This document shows positions 30,329 to 39,099 of a DNA stretch of 64,000 nucleotides, piece after piece. Location of the stretch: positions 186,001 to 250,000 of IMG/VR virus record IMGVR_UViG_3300047322_001237; one strand, 5' to 3'. Each line of letters starts with the position of its first letter. The first letter of the stretch is position 1. The notes under the pieces were generated by a model, which was not told where the DNA came from, did no database searches, and saw only the letters and a program-made list of their open reading frames with translations. The position numbers and the translations under genes were made by a program.

Positions 30329-31918
30329 GTGAGTGGTCACAAAGAACATCCGGTGAACGCGTCGTTCACTCAGCATCTGGAAGCGCAGCAAGGTTCGGAC
30401 GTCGTTCCGCCGGTCGAGACCCAAAGCGCGCCCGTCCTCGGCATGGACACGATCGAGACCGAATATCAGGAACCGGCAGGCTCGCTCGCTGAATCGAAAC
30501 CGGAAGAGCCGGAAATCGCCGGCATCGGTCATTTGCCCGAGTCGACAACCGCCCAGCAGGACGCTGAAGTGTTCTTCCCGCTCGACGGCGAATGGGACAC
30601 CAACGGCACGTTCCTGATCGGCCAGGCCGACACGCAAGATCGTGCATCCCGCGCCATTGCCGCCATGCCGAATCTGGATCTGACAGATACGGAAAGCGGT
30701 CGCGAGTGGGTGGACTACATGCGTGAAAGCATGGTCAGCGCACCCAACAAGGATCAGTGGCGTGCCACGGTCGATCGTGAAGCCAGCGAATGGCGTCAGG
30801 GCGTGAAGTCCGAGCGCGGCAATATCGCGATGGGTGCGATGTCGTTCAAGAACGTCGGTGGCGAACTTCTCACTGGCGAGAAGGCAGTGTTGCAAGTCCG
30901 TGCGCTATTGGGCCTGGGAAGTACCATCCAGGTTCCGCTGTGGCACTCAGGCTTCCACATCACCGTCAAGGCGCCGTCGGAAATCGCGCTGCTCGAACTC
31001 AACCGTCGCTTGATGGACGAGAAGATCGTCATGGGTCGCACGACCAACGGTCTGGCTTTCGCGAATACGTCGTCTTATCTCAGCGGCGGGTTGCTCGACT
31101 TCGCCATGGAACACGTGTACGACACGTCGCTCCAGGAGAAGGACATGAATCGCATCAAGTCGATGATCGAAACACCCGATTTGCCCTTGCTGTTCTGGGG
31201 TCTCGCCTGCGCCATCTGGCCGCGCGGTTTCCAATACGCTCGTCCGTACCTCGATCCGATCACGAACGAGGAAAAGATGCTGCGCGAGAAGCTCGCGGTT
31301 GGCAAGCTGCTCTGGGTCGACACCAAGGCACTCACGCCGTGGCAGATCGCGCACATGGCCCATCGCGGCAGCGGCACGATGACTGCGGACGCGGTTAAGC
31401 GCTACAAGACCGAGTTCACGCTCGGTCAGGCGCGTCGCGTCCAGTTGTCGGAGCATATCGCGGTGACGCTCAAGGTGCCGGCGGCCAACGACTACGTGCT
31501 CTCGGGTTATAAGTGGATCAGCGAGATCACGCGCGTGGTCGATGAAGCGTTCCAATTGCCTCCGGAAGATCAGCGTCGCACCAACTTCATCATCCAGCAC
31601 GGCAAGGCCACCAACATGCGCCAGTACATCCACTGGGTTGCTGAGGTTCATCCGGGTGCCGCCACGATCACGGATCGCGAAACCATCGAGAAGATCATCG
31701 ATGACCTGTCGAGCAACGACGAGGTGCGTCGCAAGTACTTCGACGAGGTCAAGAAATACATCGATGATTCGACGATGGCCGTCATCGCAACGCCGACGGC
31801 GAACACGAAGGAAGAGAAGGAGCTGCCGCGCTTCCCGCATCTGTTGCCGATGAATGTCGAGCAGACTTTTTTTACCCTGCTCGAACAGAAAATCAGCCAG
31901 ATCTCCCTCCGGAACTAA
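30329..31918 (+). CDS. Conserved jumbo-phage protein, possible tail/baseplate assembly factor
   Basis: 529 aa, GTG start with GAGG RBS; T TTT TTT heptamer near 3' end. Confidence 0.65.
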   Translation: MSGHKEHPVNASFTQHLEAQQGSDVVPPVETQSAPVLGMDTIETEYQEPAGSLAESKPEEPEIAGIGHLPESTTAQQDAEVFFPLDGEWDTNGTFLIGQADTQDRASRAIAAMPNLDLTDTESGREWVDYMRESMVSAPNKDQWRATVDREASEWRQGVKSERGNIAMGAMSFKNVGGELLTGEKAVLQVRALLGLGSTIQVPLWHSGFHITVKAPSEIALLELNRRLMDEKIVMGRTTNGLAFANTSSYLSGGLLDFAMEHVYDTSLQEKDMNRIKSMIETPDLPLLFWGLACAIWPRGFQYARPYLDPITNEEKMLREKLAVGKLLWVDTKALTPWQIAHMAHRGSGTMTADAVKRYKTEFTLGQARRVQLSEHIAVTLKVPAANDYVLSGYKWISEITRVVDEAFQLPPEDQRRTNFIIQHGKATNMRQYIHWVAEVHPGAATITDRETIEKIIDDLSSNDEVRRKYFDEVKKYIDDSTMAVIATPTANTKEEKELPRFPHLLPMNVEQTFFTLLEQKISQISLRN

Positions 31919-31986
31919 GACCGCGGCACGTCGCGCAGCCGGACTTTGGCGAGCACGTCAAGGACGAGAATCCACTGAAGGCCGCA

Positions 31987-32346
31987 ATGGAGCGCGGTCC
32001 CGTAGTGCTCAACTCCTCCGACGTGCAGCTGGCGCTGCGCGACTGCTACGAAACCGCGTACCACATCTACGACCATTCGCGATCCGGGCCGAACGACACG
32101 CTCGCGCTGGTCGCAATGCGGGATGCGGAAGATAGTTCGTCGGGTGGTCTTCTGTACGAGCAGATTCGGCGATTCGAAGAGCGGCAAGTCTACAAGCACT
32201 TCGGTCTGAACCTGGTCCAGTTCCTTGAGCTGCCGTCAGACATCGTGCGGTTCGTTCTGGAAATGTCGCTCAAGCGTCAGCAGAACACCGCGAAGACGCA
32301 GGAAGACGTGGTGGATGAAATCCAGCGTATGGCGGAGGGACAATGA
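31987..32346 (+). CDS. Small conserved protein; possibly the C-terminal extension of the upstream protein via -1 frameshift
   Basis: Frame open from 31768 without an earlier start codon; YKHFGLNLVQFLELP resembles the end of tail-chaperone/gp51-type proteins. Confidence 0.6.
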   Translation: MERGPVVLNSSDVQLALRDCYETAYHIYDHSRSGPNDTLALVAMRDAEDSSSGGLLYEQIRRFEERQVYKHFGLNLVQFLELPSDIVRFVLEMSLKRQQNTAKTQEDVVDEIQRMAEGQ

Positions 32347-32789
32347 TCGAGCAGGTTGCAGTGCAAGACATTTTCACTTCTGCCTGTCAGGCGCTGATTG
32401 TGCCGGTGAACGTAGTGGGTACAATGGGCAAGGGTTTGGCGAAAGCCTTCGCTCAGCGGTATCCAGGACTCGAAGCAGCGTATCGAGATGCGTGTCGCCG
32501 GCGAGTGTTTTCAAACCACGGGCTGTTTGTCTGGGAAGCAGGGGACGGGAAACTGATCGTCTGCTTTCCCACCAAGCGTCACTGGGCTAACCCATCTCGA
32601 CTTCCATGGATCGACGAAGGTCTAAAACGACTGGCGCGCGACTTCGAAAAGTATCAGATCCGGTCTATCGCGATGCCGATGATCGGATGCGGTGAGGGTG
32701 GTCTACGTTGGGATGACGTCTATCCCTTGATCGTGGAATGGCTCGAACCGGTGGAACTGCGAGTGCGAGTATGTCTATCGCCGCGGTGA
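32343..32789 (+). CDS. Macro domain protein (Poa1p/DarG-like ADP-ribose hydrolase)
   Basis: DIF...PVNVVGTMGKGLAKAF...FPTK.HW...SIAMPMIGCGEGGLRW. Confidence 0.85.
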   Translation: MIEQVAVQDIFTSACQALIVPVNVVGTMGKGLAKAFAQRYPGLEAAYRDACRRRVFSNHGLFVWEAGDGKLIVCFPTKRHWANPSRLPWIDEGLKRLARDFEKYQIRSIAMPMIGCGEGGLRWDDVYPLIVEWLEPVELRVRVCLSPR

Positions 32790-32809
32790 AACCAAAAAAG
32801 AAGGAAGGT

Positions 32810-32843
32810 CATATCGGGAGGGCACGAGCCCTCCCTTTATGCC
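32810..32843. terminator. Repeated bidirectional terminator element
   Basis: CATATCGGGAGGGC-ACGA-GCCCTCCCTTTATGCC, identical arms to 24254-24287. Confidence 0.75.
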
Positions 32844-32858
32844 GTCTTCTCTTTTTCA

Positions 32859-33029
32859 TTACTTCATTGCCACGACTGCACGCTGCGATGCCATGTCGTG
32901 ACCGACGTGGTCCGCAACCACGAGGCTAAGGCCACCGAGGATGAAGAACATCGTGATCAGGAAGGCGCGCTTCGTCGCACCCTTGTTTGCTTTGCCCGAG
33001 TGGTAGTTGTTGTTTGCAAAGTCGATCAT
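32859..33029 (-). CDS. Small membrane protein (56 aa)
   Basis: Below ORF-track cutoff; GGAG RBS; AFLITMFFILGGLSLVVA TM segment; promoter motif at 33086. Confidence 0.6.
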   Translation of the reverse strand: MIDFANNNYHSGKANKGATKRAFLITMFFILGGLSLVVADHVGHDMASQRAVVAMK

Positions 33030-33085
33030 GATTCGCTCCGAATAGATTGGTTTTGCAATCTCACCTGTGGATTGCGTTCGGGCGA

Positions 33086-33093
33086 GTCATATG
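33086..33093 (-). promoter_or_regulatory. Candidate phage early promoter CATATGAC
   Basis: YATATSAC-N5-YGA family. Confidence 0.5.
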
Positions 33094-33161
33094 TGTCTGA
33101 GAATTTCTGGAATCCTCGATTGACGGCTTGCTACAATTTCTCTTTCCTCAGGAGTTTTGTA

Positions 33162-33488
33162 ATGGCAAGGCAACCTCGCGCGACACTCGAACAACTACGC
33201 GAACGACTGGCGACGGTGCAGGAACAAATCGCCAAGGAAGAGGAGAAGCGGCGCACGACGGCGCTTGAGGAGATTCATTCGCTGATGTTTCAGCACGGAC
33301 TCACGCCGACTGACATCGAAGCGAAAGGGAAACGAGGGCCGGCGAAGAAGCAATCGAAAGCTGCTTCAAAGACGACGGTCGCGCCGAAGTATCAGGATCC
33401 GAAGACGGGCGCGACGTGGAGCGGTCGCGGTCGCGAACCGCTGTGGATCAAGGGCAAAAAGCGCGAAAAGTTTTTGATCGCGAAGTAA
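33162..33488 (+). CDS. hns: H-NS family nucleoid-associated protein (Burkholderia Bv3F-like)
   Basis: Coiled-coil N-term; VAPKYQDPKTGATWSGRGREPLWI DNA-binding motif; AGGAG RBS; extended -10 TGCTACAAT upstream. Confidence 0.92.
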   Translation: MARQPRATLEQLRERLATVQEQIAKEEEKRRTTALEEIHSLMFQHGLTPTDIEAKGKRGPAKKQSKAASKTTVAPKYQDPKTGATWSGRGREPLWIKGKKREKFLIAK

Positions 33489-33511
33489 GCGAGCATCTTA
33501 GTGATCGCCCG

Positions 33512-34285
33512 TTACGCTGCGGGGTCCGGTTCGTCGTCAGGCGCCGGATCGTTCTTCTCCGTTTGATCCTTAATGTTCGACCCTTTCCTGCTTCTTGGTT
33601 TTGACTTCGCTTTTGATTCAGGTGCACTAGAGGACCTTTCGGAAGCGCCTGCTGACGTGCTCTCGTTCCGTGGCAGTTTCGGGACGAAACCAAGGTAGTC
33701 GCCAATCCGCTGGCGGATACTTTCCTCCAAACCGTGGGAGAGCCCACTGGCGATTCCACAAATCACCATCCCCAATGGCACGGAAATGAGCAAGAGCATC
33801 GTGTCCTTGCCAACGATAAAGCCAGCATACGCGCCAATTGCCGAACCGGAGGCACGCACTAAATTTTCTAATGAGATGCTGCTAAGTGGGGAGCTTTCGA
33901 ATGGAACAATGCTCTCGTAAGACAAGTAATTCACAAACTCCATGGCATGTCCGTAGTTGACCTCTCGAAGAGATCTAGACTCATGTATGACATCCCTTAA
34001 TGCTTTCCTTGGGTCGAGTCCCTTCAAGGGTTGGTCAGCATTAGGATTTGTGATCTCTTTGAAATAGTCGAAACGCCCAATTAGGGCTCTTTTTTGCCAG
34101 TCGAGGCGGTACCGCTTCAGCTCCACGTTTTCATCCCGAATCGGTCGGACGAAACCCTCAGGAAAGCACCGCTGCGGAACGCTGAACAAATGCGCAGACA
34201 GACCACTTTCTTCGTCGTAGATCGTGGTCTCGTAAAACTGAGGCTTCCGATAAAACTTGGGCGTGCCCGGTTGTTCATCAGTCAT
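33512..34285 (-). CDS. Hypothetical membrane-associated protein, lower GC
   Basis: 257 aa with Gly-rich hydrophobic hairpin (AIGAYAGFIVG...LLISVPLGMVICGIASGL). Confidence 0.6.
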   Translation of the reverse strand: MTDEQPGTPKFYRKPQFYETTIYDEESGLSAHLFSVPQRCFPEGFVRPIRDENVELKRYRLDWQKRALIGRFDYFKEITNPNADQPLKGLDPRKALRDVIHESRSLREVNYGHAMEFVNYLSYESIVPFESSPLSSISLENLVRASGSAIGAYAGFIVGKDTMLLLISVPLGMVICGIASGLSHGLEESIRQRIGDYLGFVPKLPRNESTSAGASERSSSAPESKAKSKPRSRKGSNIKDQTEKNDPAPDDEPDPAA

Positions 34286-34327
34286 GGCGACGAATCCCCC
34301 TAGGTAATCGACTTCACATAAATGAAA

Positions 34328-34630
34328 TCAACTCTCTCCAAACGATCTCGCGAGCTTTTCCCATCGCCGCTGCAACAGGTCGATCACTTTTTGGTTACGC
34401 TCTCGCCCGACCGTTGCCATCTCGAAATACTCTTCGATCGATGCTTCCACCTTGGCCGGATCGTCCCCAACGATCTGATGCCAGGGGCCGACGTAGGCCA
34501 CGATCAGGCTGTCATGGAAGATGCAGCGCCCGATCGCCGCGCCAGCGGACATTACGAAGCCTTCATAATGACACCCCTTGAGAGGCCGTCCGTCGGCGGG
34601 CAGGTTTCGAAAATGCAGTTCCACCTTCAT
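34328..34630 (-). CDS. Hypothetical protein
   Basis: 100 aa, protein-like composition. Confidence 0.5.
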   Translation of the reverse strand: MKVELHFRNLPADGRPLKGCHYEGFVMSAGAAIGRCIFHDSLIVAYVGPWHQIVGDDPAKVEASIEEYFEMATVGRERNQKVIDLLQRRWEKLARSFGES

Positions 34631-34818
34631 CGTGCTTTGGGGCTCCGTGTCGAGGGTCGATCCGCCAAGACCTGACTACGGACAGCAAAATGCGTACATG
34701 CGGGGTTGTGCCCCTAACTTTTTACCGGTTTCACGCCGTCGACGCGCCGTCAACTGCGCTCAAATAACCCTCGGCACCTTCGACACTCGTACAACTCAGA
34801 GTCGGTCGTCGCAGGCTC

Positions 34819-35067
34819 CTATTTGCTTAGCGACGAGTTCCGGAACCATCGCGTTTGCGAATCTTGCCGTTGTTTCGAAATTCGTTCGTCCAAAGCTAGC
34901 TGCAGGTCGTCGATGTGCTTTGTGGCGACCGCAAGCGCGGAGGCTGCGGAGCGGTCGGTATTGAAGAGCCGTTTAAGTGTCTCCACACGCTGCTCGCGCG
35001 GGACGGCCCGCGTGTCGGGGTACAGCACGGCGAGGATGTCGATAAACTGCTCAAGGTGATTTGACAT
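34819..35067 (-). CDS. Hypothetical protein
   Basis: 82 aa helical. Confidence 0.45.
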   Translation of the reverse strand: MSNHLEQFIDILAVLYPDTRAVPREQRVETLKRLFNTDRSAASALAVATKHIDDLQLALDERISKQRQDSQTRWFRNSSLSK

Positions 35068-35222
35068 AACTGTTTTTAGCGAACTTTTACGGATTACTTA
35101 CATAAACTTGGCACGTGCAATGCTGAAACGACACGGCGTGACCATGTCACGCGTGGTCTCCTCGTATTGGGCCCGTCGCCAGTCCCCAGCGTGACGGGCA
35201 TTTTTTTTAACGAGCAAGACCG

Positions 35223-35459
35223 CTACACGCGGTAGCCATGGGAGGCTAGCAGTTCCCCGATATTCGCCCCTTCCCACGAGCCGGGCCGACTGTGCACCAT
35301 GGCGGCGTCTTCCGCGAGCATGACGAGCAACGCCTTAGCGTCCAGTGGTCCGTGGGTAGTCGCGCCGTCGCGCTGCTTGTTCACAACGCTGCATGCTTCG
35401 GCGACCATGACCAAGCCGCGGTAGACGTCGTCTCTAAGCTCCATCTCGATCTTGACCAT
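35223..35459 (-). CDS. Hypothetical protein
   Basis: 78 aa, GGAGG RBS. Confidence 0.6.
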   Translation of the reverse strand: MVKIEMELRDDVYRGLVMVAEACSVVNKQRDGATTHGPLDAKALLVMLAEDAAMVHSRPGSWEGANIGELLASHGYRV

Positions 35460-35518
35460 CGGTGCCTCCGCTGCGGGTATCGGCTTTGCTGCGGGCAGAT
35501 TATCAGAGGGAGGTCGTC

Positions 35519-36016
35519 ATGTGCTACGGAAAACCAGAAGAGCTACTTGCTCAGCTTTTGCAAGCGCGGCCATTGAAGCCAAACCAGTACGGCCATACCG
35601 CGCTGGAAGACTTCGAGCATTTCTGTGCTTACTCGGGGTGCGACCCGAATAACACTTGGGCTAAGCTAGCCTTCGTAACAGCGAGTCTTCCACCATCAAC
35701 CCCGAAGGGCCATGCCATGAGCGAAGAACTCGAAAAACAGTGCGCTGACATTAGCATGCTCCTGCGCGATCATCCGCCCGGAACAACGGCCGACATCGCG
35801 GAGTTTTGTATCGTTTATTGGGACGGCGACAGACTCGTCGGTGCGCATCTGTCCGCGGATCACCCGGGCCAACCAGACGAGCCATTTGACGTCGACGAGG
35901 TGTTGTCAGAGATTCCGGAATGCGTCGACGAATGGCTGAAGGCACCGAAGTACTCCTTCAGGCCGACAATCGTCGAATGGATGAAGGACTCGCCGCCGCG
36001 TGAATCGGGGGCGTGA
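35519..36016 (+). CDS. Hypothetical protein
   Basis: Start moved to MCYGKPEE with GGAGG RBS; a second start is possible at MSEELEK. Confidence 0.5.
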   Translation: MCYGKPEELLAQLLQARPLKPNQYGHTALEDFEHFCAYSGCDPNNTWAKLAFVTASLPPSTPKGHAMSEELEKQCADISMLLRDHPPGTTADIAEFCIVYWDGDRLVGAHLSADHPGQPDEPFDVDEVLSEIPECVDEWLKAPKYSFRPTIVEWMKDSPPRESGA

Positions 36017-36022
36017 GCTTCC

Positions 36023-36664
36023 GTGAGCCTGCCGATAATCGAGCCGGGCGACATGATGCACGGCGTGCGAGTACGCGCGCCCTTCTCTCGCGATGGCTGG
36101 ATCTTTGAGATCAAATACGACGGGTATCGCGCCTTTATCCGCAAGCAAGCTGACCGCGTCGAACTTCTATCTCGCCACGGCACGGTCATGAATGCAGTCT
36201 TTCCGGACATCATCGAGGCCGTTAGCGCGGTGCCCGGAAACTTCATTTGGGACGCCGAGCTCACGGTCGACGAGAGTAACGGACGTTCTTCGTTCGAGGG
36301 CCTTCAACAGCGAGGGCGCTTACGCGTTCCGATGCGTGTCCGTGCAGCCGCGCGCGAGCGCCCTGCCCGTCTCTACGTCTTCGATATCCTCGCCTCCGAA
36401 GATGACGACCTACGACAACTCCCGCTCGACCAACGAAAGGAAATCCTCAGAGACACGTTCGATGACAACTCGGTGCTGATCTACGCAGGGGGAATCATCG
36501 GCGCCGGTGAATGGGTCTTCGAGCAGGCGCAGAAACTCGACCTCGAGGGCGTCATGGCGAAACGCCTCGACTCGCTCTACGTGGCGGGTCGCTCCCATGC
36601 ATGGCAGAAGGTCAAGAACCTAGACTACAGCCGCCCTGCTGCTCTCGGTATCGGTCGCCGGTAA
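36023..36664 (+). CDS. ATP-dependent DNA ligase, adenylation domain only
   Basis: Motif I EIKYDGYR, III WDAEL, IIIa YVFDIL, IV EGVMAK, V WQKVK; no OB domain. Confidence 0.85.
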   Translation: MSLPIIEPGDMMHGVRVRAPFSRDGWIFEIKYDGYRAFIRKQADRVELLSRHGTVMNAVFPDIIEAVSAVPGNFIWDAELTVDESNGRSSFEGLQQRGRLRVPMRVRAAARERPARLYVFDILASEDDDLRQLPLDQRKEILRDTFDDNSVLIYAGGIIGAGEWVFEQAQKLDLEGVMAKRLDSLYVAGRSHAWQKVKNLDYSRPAALGIGRR

Positions 36665-36666
36665 CA

Positions 36667-37380
36667 CTACGCGCCGGTCGCCGCGAGGATCGATTGCATC
36701 GCCGTTGGCGCAAGCGTCCTCGCAGGCTTGCTGGAACGTCCATAGGGACTGAGCAAGATCGGCGACGGCTTCAGTGCTAAATCGAAAGGCTCGACACCGA
36801 TGGGACCTTTTCGCTTCACGATGTTGACCGAGACGCCGTCGGCTGCTGGCCGGATGGCGAGTCGCAGCGACGCGGGCGATGTGTCCTGCTGCACGGCAAG
36901 CGGACGGAAAACGAAAAACAGCATCTCCGACGACTGCGAGACCAGTAACAGACGCCGCAGCGATTCGGGACGCATGTGCTGCTGCCACAGTAAGACCGCC
37001 CCGCATGTATTCGCCTTCAGTATCTGCTCAGTCGACCAGAGCACGTCCGCCGTCTTTTCGACCTCCAGCCGAATCAACTTCTCCGGCGGAACGCCGATAT
37101 ACGCGAGTCCCTGGACGTTCGGAACATGTGGCGGTTTGATTAATACAACAGGCCGTTTCGCCACCGTGGTCAGCGCCGGCTGCAACATGCGCACTTCGCC
37201 GATCCCTGGCTGTTGGACTAGCAGTTCGACCAAGGTGCCAATCGGCCACCCCCCGCCAGGCAATTCCGCCGATAGCCGGTCGTAGCCGGTGTCGACCGTG
37301 CGCCCTGCCCTTCTTGCCAACTGGTTACCGCGCCAGAGGGACGGGTGGATTTCTTCAATGTCCTTGGGAAGTGCTGACAT
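36667..37380 (-). CDS. imuA: ImuA/SulA-like RecA-fold protein
   Basis: HPSLWRG...TGYDRLSAELPGGGWP...ELLVQQPGIGE...LWSTEQILK...LRRL; start MSALPKD. Confidence 0.85.
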   Translation of the reverse strand: MSALPKDIEEIHPSLWRGNQLARRAGRTVDTGYDRLSAELPGGGWPIGTLVELLVQQPGIGEVRMLQPALTTVAKRPVVLIKPPHVPNVQGLAYIGVPPEKLIRLEVEKTADVLWSTEQILKANTCGAVLLWQQHMRPESLRRLLLVSQSSEMLFFVFRPLAVQQDTSPASLRLAIRPAADGVSVNIVKRKGPIGVEPFDLALKPSPILLSPYGRSSKPARTLAPTAMQSILAATGA

Positions 37381-37395
37381 CGTCGCGCCTAAACA

Positions 37396-37411
37396 CTGTA
37401 TAGATGTACAG
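37396..37411. promoter_or_regulatory. LexA (SOS) box
   Basis: CTGT-ATAGATGT-ACAG, canonical CTGT-N8-ACAG, 15 nt upstream of the imuA start. Confidence 0.88.
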
Positions 37412-37834
37412 TATCCTACACCCTTTTTCGCGGCGCATCGTCTACCACTTAGGGAACCGCTTGGAGAGACAGTTAGTTGCGTGGTGAAAACCACAAAAAA
37501 CGTATCATTCATTACGTTTTGGCGCCGTGACTGTCTGCCAACCTCGGCCGACTTCCGGATCACGTCAAAGAACGCTTGCCAGCGGCCACTTAGTTCTTTT
37601 TCCGTGAAACATTCCCCGCGAGCTGCCGCCGACGCCTTGATTTAGAACAAGTTGGCGCCTTCGAAAATTTGTCCCGAGTGTTTCACGGGACGTCATTCGA
37701 ACTTAAGACTACTTCGAGGTTCCACGCCCTCTTCCCCGCCCTGCTTGACCGACAAAAAGTGACAGTACAGCGAAGTATACTTGCTCTGCCCTTGTTTACA
37801 AGCTAGAGTTCGACACAATTCGGTCGTGCGCCGC

Positions 37835-37874
37835 ATTCTTCGGTCGAAGGTGATTTTTCGAAAAACCGAAGAAT
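37835..37874. promoter_or_regulatory. Inverted repeat upstream of parA (candidate ParA operator)
   Basis: ATTCTTCGGT-N20-ACCGAAGAAT, overlapping the palindrome TTTTTCGAAAAA. Confidence 0.5.
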
Positions 37875-37896
37875 CCACAACAAAGGGGAACCTCTC

Positions 37897-39099
37897 GTGA
37901 ATGCAAGCACTCTGCTCGCCAGCGGCCTGCCGCCGGCGCTTGACTACGCCGCGTCCATGGACACATTGGCTGATGTGTCCGCCCGTGCCTCGGGTGTTCT
38001 AAATCAGATCCGCGATCGGATGCTGGAACCATATCCGCGCAAACGCCCGCCCACGTTCACGAGCGCACAGGTGGCCGGCCTGTGCGGACTTGAAAAAATG
38101 CGTTTCCAGTATCTGACTACGAAAGGCGATCTCCCCACCGGCACGTCGATTAAAAATGGCAAGAGCAAAGTCTTTACGTTGGAAGAGACACTACGGTATA
38201 TCCGGGCTGTCGGCAATCGCCCGCCGCGACCAGAGAACGCTCCCGGCAAAGTTGTGACGGTGGCCAACTTCAAAGGCGGTGTGGCTAAGACTACGACGGC
38301 CGTCTCGCTCGCTCAGGGACTCACCTTACGCGGTCGTAAGGTTCTCGTTATCGACTGTGATCCCCAAGGCACCGCTACGCAGTTATGCGGCTTCTCGCCC
38401 GAAACGGAAATAGGCGAGGAGATGACGCTCATGCCTTTGATCTACGGCGATGAAACGAGACTGGACTACGCAGTCCAACAAACCTACTGGCAGGACCTAG
38501 ACCTGGTCCCGGCGTCTTCCGGTCTCTTTAGCGCTGAGTTTCATATTCCGGGCAAGCTGGCCACCGACCACAAGTTCGAATTCTGGAACATCTTGAATCA
38601 GGGCCTCGAAGGCCTCAAAGACAAATACGACGCCATCGTCATCGACACTCCGCCATCTCTAAGTTATCTGACGATCAATGCGTTGATGGCGGCGAACGGA
38701 CTATTGATGCCCTGCCCGCCCGAGGGGCTCGACTTTGCCAGCTCCACTCAGTTCTGGTTCCTCTTCACCGAAATGTCGAGGCACGTTCCAGCAATGCGTG
38801 AGACGAAAGACTTCGATTTCGTCAATGTCGTGCTCACGAAATCGAAGAGTGACGACCTTTCCGGCGTTGTACGGGGCTGGCTGCAAAAGGCCTACGGAGA
38901 TCGAGTCCTTCCGTATGAGATTCCCGACTCCGTCGTCCCGAAGAGCGCATCTGCTCAACTCTCTACCGTCTACGACCTTACCAAGCCCGAGGGCAGCGTG
39001 GCAGCCTACACCCGCTTCAAGGATCCGATGGATCAGTTGGTGAGGCACATCGACTCCCAGTTTGTACAGGCTTGGGCGTCTTCCATGTTGGAGGTCTAA
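37897..39099 (+). CDS. parA: ParA partition ATPase (type Ia, N-terminal HTH extension)
   Basis: Deviant Walker A NFKGGVAKTT, DCDPQG, DTPPSL; GTG start with GGGG RBS. Confidence 0.95.
   Translation: MNASTLLASGLPPALDYAASMDTLADVSARASGVLNQIRDRMLEPYPRKRPPTFTSAQVAGLCGLEKMRFQYLTTKGDLPTGTSIKNGKSKVFTLEETLRYIRAVGNRPPRPENAPGKVVTVANFKGGVAKTTTAVSLAQGLTLRGRKVLVIDCDPQGTATQLCGFSPETEIGEEMTLMPLIYGDETRLDYAVQQTYWQDLDLVPASSGLFSAEFHIPGKLATDHKFEFWNILNQGLEGLKDKYDAIVIDTPPSLSYLTINALMAANGLLMPCPPEGLDFASSTQFWFLFTEMSRHVPAMRETKDFDFVNVVLTKSKSDDLSGVVRGWLQKAYGDRVLPYEIPDSVVPKSASAQLSTVYDLTKPEGSVAAYTRFKDPMDQLVRHIDSQFVQAWASSMLEV

Noticed and set aside
37871-37879. GAATCCACA as a DnaA box
   Set aside because: Two mismatches to TTATCCACA and a single copy
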